From Paragordius varius (taxonomy: Eukaryota > Animalia > Nematomorpha), in contig OZ176051.1 of assembly GCA_964247055.1 (NCBI GenBank), forward strand, positions 3,782,001 through 3,846,000: a stretch of DNA of 64,000 bases. Direction: 5' to 3'. Each line of letters starts with the position of its first letter. The first letter of the stretch is position 1. This document shows, piece by piece, positions 27,732-41,000 of the stretch. The notes under the pieces are model-generated. The model searched no databases. It was not told the DNA's origin and saw only the letters and a program-made list of their open reading frames with translations. The position numbers and the translations under genes are program-made.

Positions 27732-30700
27732 ATAACAATTCAATTAATCTTGCCGGGCCATTTACAAGTAATGCATTTCCAATTATGAAAACACAAAACA
27801 GCAATACACGCTCTACCAAACCGCGTACACAAACAACCGCTAGAGATTTTACGCTTAGTATCCTCAATAAGAACCAGCCTTCAAACGATTATCCCTATAC
27901 TGATAATAACATTAATTCCAATTCCAATAAACCAATTAAATCTATGACGGAAATAAAAGTGGACATGCTCTCAACAGCTTATTTGGCATGCAATGTTCAT
28001 GATAAAGACTTGAATCCCATAGTATAAAAAATTATTTAATGGTTTTGGTAAATATAATAACTAAACAGAAGATAAATCCAAAATTATTATTATTTTCATA
28101 ACGGATTATTTTGTACAATTTTTTCGAATCTTGACAGTCCTCCTTTGGATAAGCTTTCAAACCTTGAAACCTACTTAACAGAATAATACATTAGGCTTAT
28201 CTTATTTAATTTTCTTAAAAGCTTTTGACCACTCTTTCATTCCACATTTCTTAAGGATTTGTGTCTAAAAAATTTTAAAAATAAAAAATGATGATGATGA
28301 TATATTATAAAAAAATATTTTTTAAATCATGAAACATAATTGGTTTTTTTGAAAACGTTTATATCATAAATGTGCTTATAAAAAACAATTGGTCAAATAA
28401 TACTCAATAATAATTTCAAATAATTTATTTCTAAAAATAATTAACTTAGCCTATAGTTTGAGTGTTAAAATATATAAGAAAAAACATTAATTTATGGTAT
28501 TTTACACAATATGTGTTTCCAACATAAATAGAATCGCGATATATTATTAATTTATAAATTTAGTTAAATTAGAGTTATTTAAAAATTTATTTAAAATATA
28601 AATTTTTCTAATATTTCGTAGGCTATTGAATTTAGTAAGTGAGAATTCAAATCTTCCGCGGGCGCAAGTGGAAGGCGCTTGTTGGACACCCCTGCTAGAT
28701 TAAATTTAATTTTATTTAATATTGTTTAGCTTTTTAATATAAAAAGTGAAGTGTTTATTGTTCAAAAGTTATGTTGTAAATTAACTCTTTAAATTAAATT
28801 TGTATTCTGTCAGAAATAAATTTGTTTTACCATCATTTGAAGCCTTCTAATAAATGATACTTAAGCCCCATTTCTGCAGTTTGCTTAAGAATAAATATAC
28901 GAAGTGTATAATCCCTTTTTATTTTACCCACTATATTCGTTGCTAAAATAATTAAAAGACTCTTTTTGTAAAAAGCTCATCTGTTGAACCCCTAATTTCT
29001 TTGTACAAAAAGATTTTTTGTATTTTCTAATAATAATAAAAACTTAAATATTAATGATTAAGTTTAACACTTGGTTACAACACATTCATTTTAGTTCTTC
29101 GATTCAAATTGGAGTAGTTAAATACCCCGGCCTCTTTAAAATTAAATTCCTAAAAAATATGGAAGGAATCAAAACCATCGGGAAATCTTGCACTTATATA
29201 ACATTAATAAACCTAAATATATTAAAAATTTTATTCAAAAATACTTGACGCTACTTATTTTAAGCTAAAACCGAAAGGTAAAAATTTAGTTAACGTGGCA
29301 TGCGTGCAATAAAATTGAAAAATAATACAAAATAAATAGCTTTTTTATTCTATCCATGTTAGATGTAATAATAAAAAAATAGCCTTAAATTTACCCTTAA
29401 AATTAAATGAAGACGATATTTTGCAAAAATTTTGTGTAATAAAAATGGCGTCGAAGTAGTTTGACATGGAACTTTTTTTTCAAAATAAAATTTTATTTAG
29501 ATATTTTGGAATATTTATATAATTTTTATTAGGAGAGAAGCAAAAATTTAAATTAAGACCGTTTCCTTCAGTAGTTTTTCAAAAATCCTAACTCAAAAAT
29601 AGTCTGGAGTATTTCGATACCCCAATTCGAATCAAAGTGTTAAATGCATATTCTTTGTTGATATTTTCCATCATAGCCATATTATGGGCTAGAAAGGCTA
29701 AAGCATTTTACGAAAAATTAAAAATATAATATATATTTTACTAATCAATTAAATATATTTAAAATGATAATTTAATAGTTAGATAAAGTGAAATAATTTG
29801 ACAGTATGAATGCTTTTCTGGCTGTGAATGTGATTTTAAATAATTAGTCGAAAAATGGTAAACATATGTTTATTACGAAAAAACGTTAAAAATTAACTTA
29901 TTAAATTTTTTATATTTATATATATTATTAAAAATTTAGATGTTTTGAAATTATTATAATTAGTAATTGGTTTTCCACTTAGTTTATTGGTGGATATATT
30001 TGTAATAATGACATTGCTTAATAGCTCAAAAAAGCCCCTATGTTACTTAATTTTTGTCGATTCAACTACTCCGTCATCTTATAAAAATATAACAAAATGC
30101 TATAAGGCCAAATATTTTTATATAATAAATATTTTATTTAAAACATATGGTGAAATAAGAATTTTAGGTGATAAAATACATTTTATACGAGCTTCATATA
30201 CTGTTGGTAGAAGTTTTAATGTTTAAACAAGGGGTGTCCAACCAGCGGCCGTCTTATACATTGTGTACGGCCCGTGAAAACTTTGGAAATCTATAACTTG
30301 CAAAAATATGCTTAAAAACCTTGATAAAATTGATTTTCCCTAAACATTTTTTTAATTGGCAACGAACCTGAAAAAAATATATGTTATGTTTGCATTTCGC
30401 AGTCTTATGCTCAAAATCTTATGAAATATTTATAAATGTCCATGTATAATTCAAATGCGGCCCACCGGAATTTTTGAATTAAAATGTGGTAATGCCATTT
30501 GTGTTGACACCCTTGTTTTAAACCAACAATTATAATCTATTTTCATCAATGAACCTCTTAGATAATAATATTATTAATAATGACAATTCACATATTTTAT
30601 AACGATTCGCGGGCATATTATTTTTTAAAATAAATAAATTTCTGATGTCTTGTAAAATTTACTCAGGAAAATGTTTTATGTTTTATTTTTTCTTGAAATA

Positions 30701-32488
30701 CTTGGATGTTTCATATTTAAGCCTGGTTTTCTTACATATAGGTATCCTGGATTCGACTAAAAGATCAGCAAATTTTATGGGTTGGTACAATGAAGTTTTA
30801 TAATGATCATAGGATAAACGTTATCAATAACGCAAATATAAATATTCCAACAAATAATTTATTATCCCCATATAGTTATTCAAAAAATTATGAAAATAAC
30901 CACCGATATTTTGATAAACCTGATAATATAGAAGACAAAAATTCTCATAAACAAACATTTATTGCAAATGACATTAACGAGAATATGGAGGATAAATTTT
31001 CCGAAACAAAGAATCCAAAGTATCGTATTCGCCATGAAAAGTCTTACATCAAGCATAAAAGGCCAATTTTTAAGACATCAACGCTGCAGATTTTATATGC
31101 TCAAAATGAGGACTCAGGGATTTATGAGTGTCAAATTAATTCCCAAAGACGTGCCATATATAATTCTTATCCATTACATAATACGCGATACAGTTATTTT
31201 ATCAACTTAACTGTAGACACAAATAGCCCTGAATCGATGCCTGTAACTCCATTAAGTAATAAGATTTATAAATTATAGTGTGTGCATCAGAACTTGACGT
31301 TTTTATTGATAGTTAACCTTAATCACACCCACGTGTCCTTGAAAATTTACTTGCCATAAAAATTTATAAAGCTGACTAAAATAATTTTTGAAATTTAAAA
31401 GCTTCTCTGGATTTTACTATAGTTACAACGGTACAGAGCTAGGATAGACTTTTAAATTATATGGTTAAAACAATTTTAAACAAATAGTGCTTTGATAAAT
31501 CTAATAGGGATTATAATATCCATCTGTTTAATAAATATATTAATTTTATACAATGCTTTATATGTAGAACACATTGGAACAGCCGAAGAACATAAAATAC
31601 GTCACGGTAATCACATACATTTATTTGTATTTCAAGTTTAAAATTATATAGATGAGGATACAAAATTAGTTAACCTTTAAATATAAATTTATATATATAG
31701 GAATCCGATATGGGGTGTTACGTTGGATTTAGAGCTTGAAACCAAAACACATTTTATTAGCTGTTATATAATAATTTTTATGCTTTTTTTGTTACAATTA
31801 ATATTAGCTATCGATTTGAAGTACAAAATAAGAATAGAATGGTGTAAATATACATCAGTTCTAAACATATCCATACCTAAAAAAATAAACACCAAAAAAA
31901 TTTATTAAAATATTTGGAATATAACTATTTATTTTATAAAATATAGAGCTTATTTATACACTTTTAATACATGTTTTGAGAGAAGGTTAAGTATTATGTA
32001 ATTATATGTTAAAATTTTTTGACCATATAACAAAATTATCACATTATTTTGTTTTTTTTCAAAAATCTGATATTTTTACATTAGATGTCCTAAACCTCGT
32101 GTTTCGTAAATTATATATTAAAAATTTAGTTATGAAACTAAGTTTTTTTTGTTTTATCGGTCTGAATTTAGTGGCTCCCATTTTTCAAATTTCGTGAGCT
32201 GGTAATTTGCTTAATCCTTTAATGCCAAGGAATTAATACAAAATAATTTTATTGTAATCTTTCATATCTGAATTCTGTTCTGTTATAGATAGTAAAAAGA
32301 GACAATACTTGCATTACACAAAATCTTTTCAAGGTCACATAACTAATAAGGGTTCACCCAACTATTCCCAAGATACAAAATATCTTAAGGATGTATTAAA
32401 AAATTCACGTTTTCAGATATTGATTGCCATAGCAACCATTTTACCCTTGAGGAGTTTTATATCTCTGTGCCTTTTGGCATTTATGTGA
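27732..32488 (+). CDS. Dpr/ZIG-8-like single Ig-domain protein with C-terminal GPI-type signal (5' exon not found)
   Basis: Exons 27732-28021, 30742-31255, 31568-31606, 32289-32488, all GT-AG and phase-compatible. Reads TAYLACNVHDKDLNPI|VSWIRLKDQQILWVGTMKFYNDHRI...TLQILYAQNEDSGIYECQINS...FINLTVD, matching the Dpr Ig1 pattern (AYLxC..VSWIR..D..IL.VG...LQI....DSGxYECQ). Ends ILIAIATILPLRSFISLCLLAFM*. The last two exons are less certain. Confidence 0.8.
28640..28694. mobile_element. Solo hAT right end
   Basis: GTTGGACACCCCTG at 28681-28694, identical to the right TIR of 41957-44354; no matching left end found. Confidence 0.6.
29068..29639. mobile_element. TTAA-flanked MITE, family copy 3 (intronic)
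   Basis: TTAA|CACTTGGTTAC...ATCAAAGTG|TTAA; colinear with 8771-9348. Confidence 0.85.
30229..30515. mobile_element. hAT MITE (intronic)
   Basis: AAGGGGTGTCCAAC...GTTGACACCCTTG; TSD GTTTAAAC/TTTTAAAC; GCGGCCC subterminal motifs. Confidence 0.8.
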
Positions 32489-33460
32489 AAACAATGATTA
32501 AAATTCTTATGGAAAAGAATATGATCGAACTTTTTGCGATAGAAACCTCTACAATCACTTTTATATGATATATTATATATATTTATTTAAAAATATAGAC
32601 GTATTTGTTAATAGAAAAGTGCAATTCCCATATAGAATTTAATTTATTGTATCACAGGTACACTCATAAAACACATATTAATAAATGATATATATATGTG
32701 TAAATTTAACCAATAAATATTATTTAAACTCTCATAAAATTAACAAAATTATCATATTTTTGCTATTCAACCCCGTAATTTATAATTGTCAGACTTGTCA
32801 GACGTGAAATTTACAACCTAGGGACCATACCTTTTATAACAAAATATACAAGTTATATTTAAAATAAGCTTTAAGGGCATGCGATAATAATGAGAAGGAA
32901 GTTCTTAAAAGTTTGCGATTTTTTGGTTTACAAATTGAACAGGAGAAAGTTAAATTTTAATATCCTGTACCCGTTTAAAAATAATTAATTATGATGAATT
33001 ACCATACTCACTCAATTTTGATTTGCCTTTTATTTAAAGTACACTAGCCAATTTTAACGGATGTGAAAAATGTGCGACAAATCTTACATAACACAAGAAA
33101 ATTAACTAAAACCACTGTTTTACCATTTAAATAAAGTAGAGTATATTAGAATATTTTGGTTTGAAGAATGTTTGTACTAAAAAGTTATATAATGTGCCCT
33201 AAATTTCTTGGTTTTTTAATTTTAATTTTTTACCATCAATGATATATTAACCGTAGACCCCAATACCTAAAATACTATGATAATCATGCATCGCATTAAA
33301 AAAATTTATTAAATGGTCTGTCTATCTAAATATGTAATAAGCGTGCTTACAGTAAAAGTTATTATACAGACAAAAGTAACATAAATACATCTATTTTTTC
33401 TAAAGACTACCTAAAATTTTGAACCTTAATTTTTCCTGTATAAATTATTTCACATTGTAA

Positions 33461-35904
33461 TCTATATATTTATAAAAATAGAAAATGCTGGCTTTGTGAT
33501 CTTTCCGGGAAACCGGACCCATTCTAATCCCAATGTCGAAAAAATATAATCATTAATGAATGCCGCCAATAGCCTCGCCTTGTTTTGAATTAGGCCAATT
33601 CGGGCCCATCCCGTGTAAGAAACGGGTTTTTTGAAAACAGAAGTCCACAAAAATCGTGTCTTTGAGACAATTTTCCGGAAAACGTGTTGGACCATTCGAT
33701 TTTAAATATGATTTTTGTTTACTTATTTTCGATTGCGCCGAACATAGTCGGCTCGCTTTATTAATTAATACCCTTTTTTACCCGCTCGCCCCGTAAAATG
33801 CCATTTTTTTAAAAAATTAAGTCCACAAAAATAATTTTTTGAATCTATATTTCACCCAAGGTATGAGGTAAAAATTCACTGAGAATTCCAGGTATTCCGT
33901 GTTATAAGGCAAAAATTTTAGCCGTGCGTTTTTTATATTGGCTTGGGTAAGGAGATACCCGATATAAACTGCCCCGTCATATCGAAATAGCGTGTCTTTG
34001 GGGCTAAATTTCAGAAAACCTATCAGGCCATATAAGTTCAATAGGTGCTTATTACCCGTAACAAGACAAAGTAATAGGTCGTACGATTTTTTTAAATTAG
34101 CCGTTAATCAGGCCCTTCGCGCCCTGAAAAATGCGCCACAACAGAATGATTTTTTAGTTTTGAGGCAATTTTTCCAAAAACTAATGAGAGCATATGGCAT
34201 CAATCATGATTCCAGGTATTTTCCGTAAAAAGGCAAAAATTTAAATCACGCGCTTTTTTGCATCAGCCTCTGCGTAGGGAGCTACCCGCCTAAAACTGCG
34301 CCACCATATCGAAATTGCGTTGTTAAGGCGTTAAATATAAGAAAAATTATCAGGCCATATAAATTTAATAAGGGTTTAAAATTATCTGTAAAAAGGCACA
34401 AATTTAAGTTGAGCGGTTTTTTAAAATTAGCCGTTTATTGAGCCCTTTACGCCCTAAAAAATGCGCTATCATTGAACTATTTAGTTTTGAAGCCATTCTT
34501 CCAAAAAGTATTATAACATATGGATTCGATGATTCTAGGTATTCCCCTATAAAAGCAAAATTTTAATGAAACGTCTTTTATATTGGCTTCTGGGTAGGGG
34601 GCTACCCGCCTACAACTGCGCCACCATATCGATACAGCCTGACTTTGAAGGCAAATTTTAGGAACTTATCAGGCCATATGAGTTCAATAAGGGCTTGAAA
34701 TACCCGTAAAAAGGCAAAATTTAGGTAGAATGTTTTTATTAAATTACCCCTTAATTAGGCCCTTGCCCTGAAAAATGCGCCACCATAAATGACTTTTTGG
34801 TTTTGAGACAATTTTTCGAAGATCCCACTAGAGCATATGGAATCAATCATCATTCCAGGTACCCGAATTAAGGCAAAAATTTTAATCGAGTTTTTTTTGT
34901 GTCGCTCCTAGGGGGCTACCCGCGTAAAACTGCGTCACCATATCGATACAGCATGCCTTTGGAGCCAAATTTCAGAGAATCTATGAGACTATGTGAGTTC
35001 AATAAGAGCCTAAAATATTTACTACCTTAAAAACATATATTTTAGTATGGGGGATTTTAATGAGTCGCTAAGTAAAGTTTTACGCCCTGAAAAATGCGCC
35101 GCCATAACAATATTTTAGTTTTGAAGCAATATTTTCAAGAACTTATAGGAACATATGGAATCCATGATAATTCCAGATATTTCCCATATAAAGGCAAAAA
35201 TTTTGCATGACGCTTTTTTTATACGCGCCTGTGGGTAAGGAGCTACCCGCCAAAAACTGCGCCACTATATAGAAATTGCGTTCTTTTGGAGCTAATTTAC
35301 AGAAAATTTATGAAGCCTTGAGCTCATTAAAAGTTTAAAATAATACCCGTAACTAGGTAACAATTAAGGTCAGGCGATTTTTATTAGCCGTTATTTTGCG
35401 ATTTTTATGCCCAAAAAGTACGCCATCGATAAATGAGACGATGGTATAAAAAATGATTCCAAATATTTGCCCTATAAAGGCAAAAAATTTAACTCAGCTC
35501 TTTTCCGTATAGGTATATGGGTAGGGGTCTACAGGCTTAAAATTGAGCTATAAAAAAATAGCTTGGTTTTGAAGCTAATTTTTAAAAAACTTAAGAAGCT
35601 ATCCAAGTTCAATAAAGCTTTAAATCATACCCATAAAAAGTTAAAAATTATAGCATAGCGGTTTTTTCCGTTGGCCTTCAATTTGGGACCTTCACACCAG
35701 TAAACAATAAATTAATAAGAATGCACAGTTTTGAAAATTCTATGAAGCACCGTTATGAAAATCCTATGAGATCATAACTTTTAAATAATGTTTTAAATCA
35801 CATATATGCAATTTTGTTGATCCCTTTTTTCAAATAGCGCCCCCTTCTCCGCCCCCTAAGAAGTTCGAAGGACTTTGTCGGGCTGCGTAGCAGATTTACG
35901 CTAG
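33461..35904 (+). mobile_element. Non-autonomous Helitron with internal satellite
   Basis: A|TCTATAT... start, CTGCGTAGCAG hairpin shortly before CTAG|T, no TSD (A/T insertion site). The first ~400 bp matches 36159-36570. Confidence 0.85.
33890..35620 (+). repeat. ~160-bp monomers alternating A/B (~320-bp dimer), ~5.5 dimers
   Basis: GCTACCC marker at 33954, 34281, 34601, 34915, 35242, ~35528 (spacing 327, 320, 314, 327, ~286). Related AACTGCGCC (A) and AAATGCGCC (B) motifs alternate every ~155-165 bp. Confidence 0.9.
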
Positions 35905-36137
35905 TATTTATATATATTTGTTTAGTTATCATTTTACATCTATATTTATTTTTCAATTTTAAGCAATGAATTATATTTAAAAATATCTTGTTTAAAAAAG
36001 TATAGTGGTCTGAAAAAAAACAGTATTTATGTTTTTACATTTTGTCAAAGAGGTTCAATTATTACTGTATGTATCAATATGTTTAAACTTCGAAATAGAC
36101 GGGAAATGACTAATTGTATTTACTTAGTGGTGATTTT

Positions 36138-36180
36138 ATATATATATATATATATATATCTATATATATATATATATATA
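36138..36180. repeat. (TA)n microsatellite (others at ~11471-11490, ~37134-37160, ~56960-56986)
   Basis: Direct reading; the tracts at ~36140 and ~37140 flank the second Helitron. Confidence 0.9.
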
Positions 36181-37133
36181 AATGGAAAATGCTGGCTTTG
36201 TGATCTGGTACAGGAAAACCGGTAGATCCATTCAAATCCAAACTTCGAAAAAATTAATCATTAATGAATGCCCCGACAATAGCTTCGCCCCTTTTTTTGA
36301 AATAGGCCCCCAGTTAGGGCCCACCCCGTGTGAAAAATGGGTTTTTTTGAAAACAGAAGTCCACAAAAATGGGTGTTTTTGAGACAATTTTTCGGAGAAC
36401 GTGTTGGACCATTCAATTTCAAATATGATTTTTATTTAGTTATTTTCGATTGCGCCGAACATAGTCGTCTCGGTTTTTTAACTTAGGCCCTCTTTTTACC
36501 CGCTACCCCCGTAAAATTCCACCTTTTTCAAAAAAAAAGTCTAAAAAAATAATTTTTTGATTGTATACGTGTTCCCTGTTAAAGGGCAAAAAATTTAGTC
36601 AGGCGTTTCTTTCATGATAGCTGCTGAGTAAGGAGCTACCCGCGAAAAACTGACCCGTGATATCAAAATAGTCTGCTTTTCGGGCTAAATTTCAGAAAAC
36701 CTATCAGGCCATATGAGCTCAATAGCTGCTTAAAGTATTACCCGTAAAAAGTCAAATATTTTAGTCAAGCGGATTTTTTGAATTAACCGTTAAATAGGCC
36801 CTTTACTCCCTAAAAATGCCCTATCATTGAACTATTATTTAGTTTCGAAACCACTCTTCCATAAACTATTAGGAATGAACGATTATTCCAGGTATAAAGG
36901 CAATTTTTTTTATCTAACTACGTTTTTCTATTGGCCTCTGGGTAGGGGGTTACCCGCCTACAACTGCCCATTCATATCCATACAGCATGTCTTTGGAGCC
37001 TAATTTCAGAATATTATGTGAATTATTTTAAAACTTCGTGCCGCATACCAAAATAGCTTATAAAATTAAAATGCCCCCCCCCCCTTCAGAAGTCCGAACC
37101 TCGGGCTGCGTAGCAGCGTTAGATTTGTGCTAG
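36159..37133 (+). mobile_element. Second, shorter non-autonomous Helitron of the same family
   Basis: A|TC start inside a (TA)n tract; perfect GCTGC-GTA-GCAGC hairpin, then CTAG|T at 37130-37133. Carries only A-B-A monomers. Confidence 0.85.
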
Positions 37134-38087
37134 TATATATATATATATATTATATATATAGAGAGAGATTTTAGTTCCTTGCATTAAAATATACTCAGTA
37201 TATTAGCACCTTGTCTCCATTAAAAGAAGCTAGGAAAAAAAGATGGGCTTCCTGTTAATAAACACTAAACTCACTTTAACTACTAGTATTTTGTTTAAAA
37301 TGTGACTTTAAATCAAATAGTTGGAATTACTGTGGCTGTACATACATATTATTCAATTAGTAGACATTAGATTGTTTTAACTTTAATGTATTACTCAGAT
37401 AATGAGGTGTATAATTAAGATGTCAAAATGATTTTTAGTAACTAGACATTATTAGAATAGGTTTGTGGACTTCCAAAGATAGATTAATCCTTTAAAGTGC
37501 TCTACAGGTATAAAATCAAGTAATTATTAGCGATAATATACACTTAAGAGATATGAATAAAAATAATCTAAAATGCCCCCAAATTTAGTGGATATAAATA
37601 TATTGATGAAATGATAAAAAATAGTTAATCAAGCAAAAAAATTTACACAAACTTTGGGGCTGCTCAGATGGGTTGTAATTTTGGCGAAAATTAGGATGAT
37701 CGATAAAAAAAATTGACACAATAATTTTCAATACTCTCATATATTATTTTGTAATGATCTTTCTATCCATGATAAATAAACATTTATTTTGTCAAAGCTG
37801 ATATTTAACGTAAAGGCTACAAAAATAATAATTAATAATGTACCAATAAATATTCATTATGGCTTTCTTAGGAATGATAGATCAAAAATCTACCTGATTC
37901 TTATAAATTTAGTCATATTTAACATTCTTGTGATTAGATCATGATTGGCTCAGGGTAGTAAATTAACCCTATTAACTCTCCTCAAATAACTCTTTATATA
38001 TTTTTATATTTATTGTATGACATAAAGATTCAAATTTTTTGACAGAAAATAAGAGAGTATGGGCAATTTCATATATATATATATATA

Positions 38088-41000
38088 TTATTTCTTTCCT
38101 CGATAATATCGTGCCGTATACGATTGACATTGCGTAATCATGCCCGTGACAGCATTTATGAAGATGGCTTCGCACACAAAATTACAATTCCGTATAACGC
38201 AAACGACTTGGGTGGCCCCATCTTTGCACTTCTCTAGGTTTCCACAAGGGGAACAAGCCATATTCTGAGTATCAGGGTTCGGACAATATTCTGTCCCAAA
38301 GTTTGAGACAGACAAAGTAGGTGGATATGTTAGGGTTGTGGGAATTAGTGGTGGAGTTAAAGTATTGAAAACGCCAGTTGCAAAGGTACTTGGTGGTGTT
38401 TGTATCATAGCTATAAACACATAAAATTACACTATTTGATTTGGTGTCTCAGGCAAAGTTATAATTTGGAGATTGGAAAAATAATTTGTTTAAAAGCTCT
38501 ATGTGTTTGCGCTATTAAATAAAAACTTATTTTGTTCCAGAAAATTGGATAAAATGAGCTACAATCAAGAGCGGATATATGGAAACTCAAATTAATAATC
38601 AGAAAATAAAACTATTGACAAAATATAAAGCGAGTAATACCCTTTACTGTATAAATCATATTTTCTTAGAAAAGAAAAAACGAAGATATTTCGATATATA
38701 CCATTTCCCAGTCTAAAAAAACGTTTTCCCAGTCAATCGTAACATTTTCCCAGTCAATCGAAACGTTTTCCCAGTCAATGGAAACGTTTTCCCAGTCAAT
38801 AGAAACATTTTCCCAGTCAATAGAAACATTTTCCCAGTCAATCGAAACGTTTTCCAAGTCAATCGAAACATTTTCCCAGTCAAGAAAAACATTTTTCCAA
38901 TCAAGGAAAACGTTTTCCCAGTCATTAAAAACGGTTATATTTTTCATGATAAATATTAAAACAAGATATAAAAATAACTTTTAACCATTATCAGCGTAAT
39001 ATTAGGATATTATTTATTATAAAAACACAATTATTGAATAACAGTTTTTCCAATTATATTCCACTGCACAATTATTAATGACTTATTATTTAAAAGTTAT
39101 ATTTTTGGAGTTTGAGATGTTTTTAATATAATATTTTTTTTATTAATGGTTCGCATTATTTGCGGCTAACTTAAAAAATCTATAGTTACGGATGAAACAA
39201 TAAAATTTAAAAATAATAAACCATTTTCTCTCAAAGGCATTTAACACTTCAGATTGGATCTTAAACATAAATTTTACCCTAATTTTATAATATTTATCAT
39301 TTGGTTCATCGGGTGCCCAACGCGGCCTCCCGATATTATGCGGCCTGCGAAAAATTTAGAAATCCATATGCAAAAATATGTCCACAAAATCTTAGTAATA
39401 TTCATATTTCTTACGCAATATTCTGAATGAGTCTATTAAATTGGTAACGAATTAAAAAAATTGTTATATTTTTGTATTTTACAGTCTTACAGTCATGTAT
39501 GTTGAGAATTGTCAAACTTATGTTTTTAATTGATTTTAATTTGTTTTAATTGTTATGATGTCTGATATAACTTTCAACATGCGCATTTTTAAGCCTAAAA
39601 ATAATAATAAGCTATTTATTGTAAACAATTAAAAACAAAGTAAAAAATCAATTAATAACGTATTTTTGACAATTCTAAACATACATGACTGTATGTCTAT
39701 TCGAAAAATTATTTATGAATGTCCGCATATATAACGAATGCGGGACTCCGTGCTTTTTGAGTAATGCGGCCCGCGAAGCCATTTGGTTAGACACTCCTGT
39801 TTTAGTCATATATCTTTTTATTAAATATTTTTAAATCAAAAACATTGGAAAAAAATTTTTGTTTAAATATTTTTTCCCACAGTATTTTTATGGAAAGATT
39901 TGACATGTTTAAAAACTGTTTTAAAGCGTTCGGCAAATATTAATGCAAACCATCAATAAAAGAAGAAATATTATATTAAAAACATCTCAAACTCCAAAAA
40001 TATAACTTTTAAATAATAAGTCATTAATAATTGTGCAGTGGAATATAATTGGAAAAACTGTTATTCAATAATTGTGTTTTTATAATAAATAATATCCTAA
40101 TATTACGCTGATAATGGTTAAAAGTTATTTTTATATCTCGTTTTAATATTTATCATGAAAAATATAACCGTTTTTATTGACTGGGAAAACGTTTTCATTG
40201 ATTGGGAAAATGTTTTTCTTGACTGGGAAAATGTTTCGATTGACCTGGAAAACGTTTCGATTGACTGGGAAAATGTTTCGATTGACTGGGAAAATGTTTC
40301 TATTGACTGGGAAAACGTTTCCATTGACTGGGAAAACGTTTCGATTGACTGGGAAAATGTTACGATTGACTGGGAAAACGTTTTTTTAGACTGGGAAATG
40401 GTATATTGACCTGTAATTTCTAAGATCTTATAATTTCGGACCTAATTTTATCACACCAATGCGTAATAACCTTTTCTACAGTATTTAATTTATTATTTTA
40501 ATCTGAACTGAATTGAAGCCATCATTTCATAGGTGATTATTGAATTTAATTTCAATTAACTTTAAGGAGGTTTTTATATATTTTACGTATAAATACATAA
40601 TATCATACGTGGTTCATTGCTTTTACAGCAGCATCCATAATTATCTGGTCTCTTAAGTTTGGTTTGAATGTCACAAAAAAACCCAGTAGGACAGCTTATT
40701 CCCCCAGGTATCCCACAAATTGTGTTGGGAAGAGCCATTCCGTCCGGGCAACCTCGGCAATCTATTTTTCATTAGGATATTTTTAAGCAAATAAAAATAA
40801 GAAACAAAAACATTTATGAGGTTTTTTTATTAAGAAAAAAAAAATAAATTTACCAACCAGGTTGAAAAAATGTGTCATATGATTTTGGTCCACCGTCTCC
40901 ATAATAACTAATCATACTATATTCACGGGGTGCAACATCCACGGGGTGTCCAAGAAAGCTATCATCGAGATATTCATTCTCTAAATCAAAATTTTGATTC

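Larger units (their letters stand above)
38696..40406. mobile_element. Foldback-type element with ~470-bp inverted arms, each carrying a 21-bp tandem array (intronic)
   Basis: TATA|CCATTTCCCAGTC...GACTGGGAAATGG|TATA. Arms ~38696-39165 and ~39930-40406; arrays at 38701-38925 and 40177-40402. Confidence 0.92.

Noticed and set aside
33462-38175. Short ORFs of 60-80 aa in the Helitrons and AT-rich spacers (e.g. 33462-33695, 33817-34041, 33992-34228, 36182-36382, 37972-38175)
   Set aside because: No motifs, not conserved in frame between repeat copies, and of a length expected by chance; the same applies to most other ORFs under 90 aa in the track.
38666-40409. Periodic ORFs (DWENVSI)n, (ETFSQSI)n, (LTGKTFR)n as repeat proteins, or the 21-bp array as a CRISPR array
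   Set aside because: All are translations of a stop-free 21-bp tandem unit in transposon arms. Units are adjacent with no unique spacers, and there are no cas genes.
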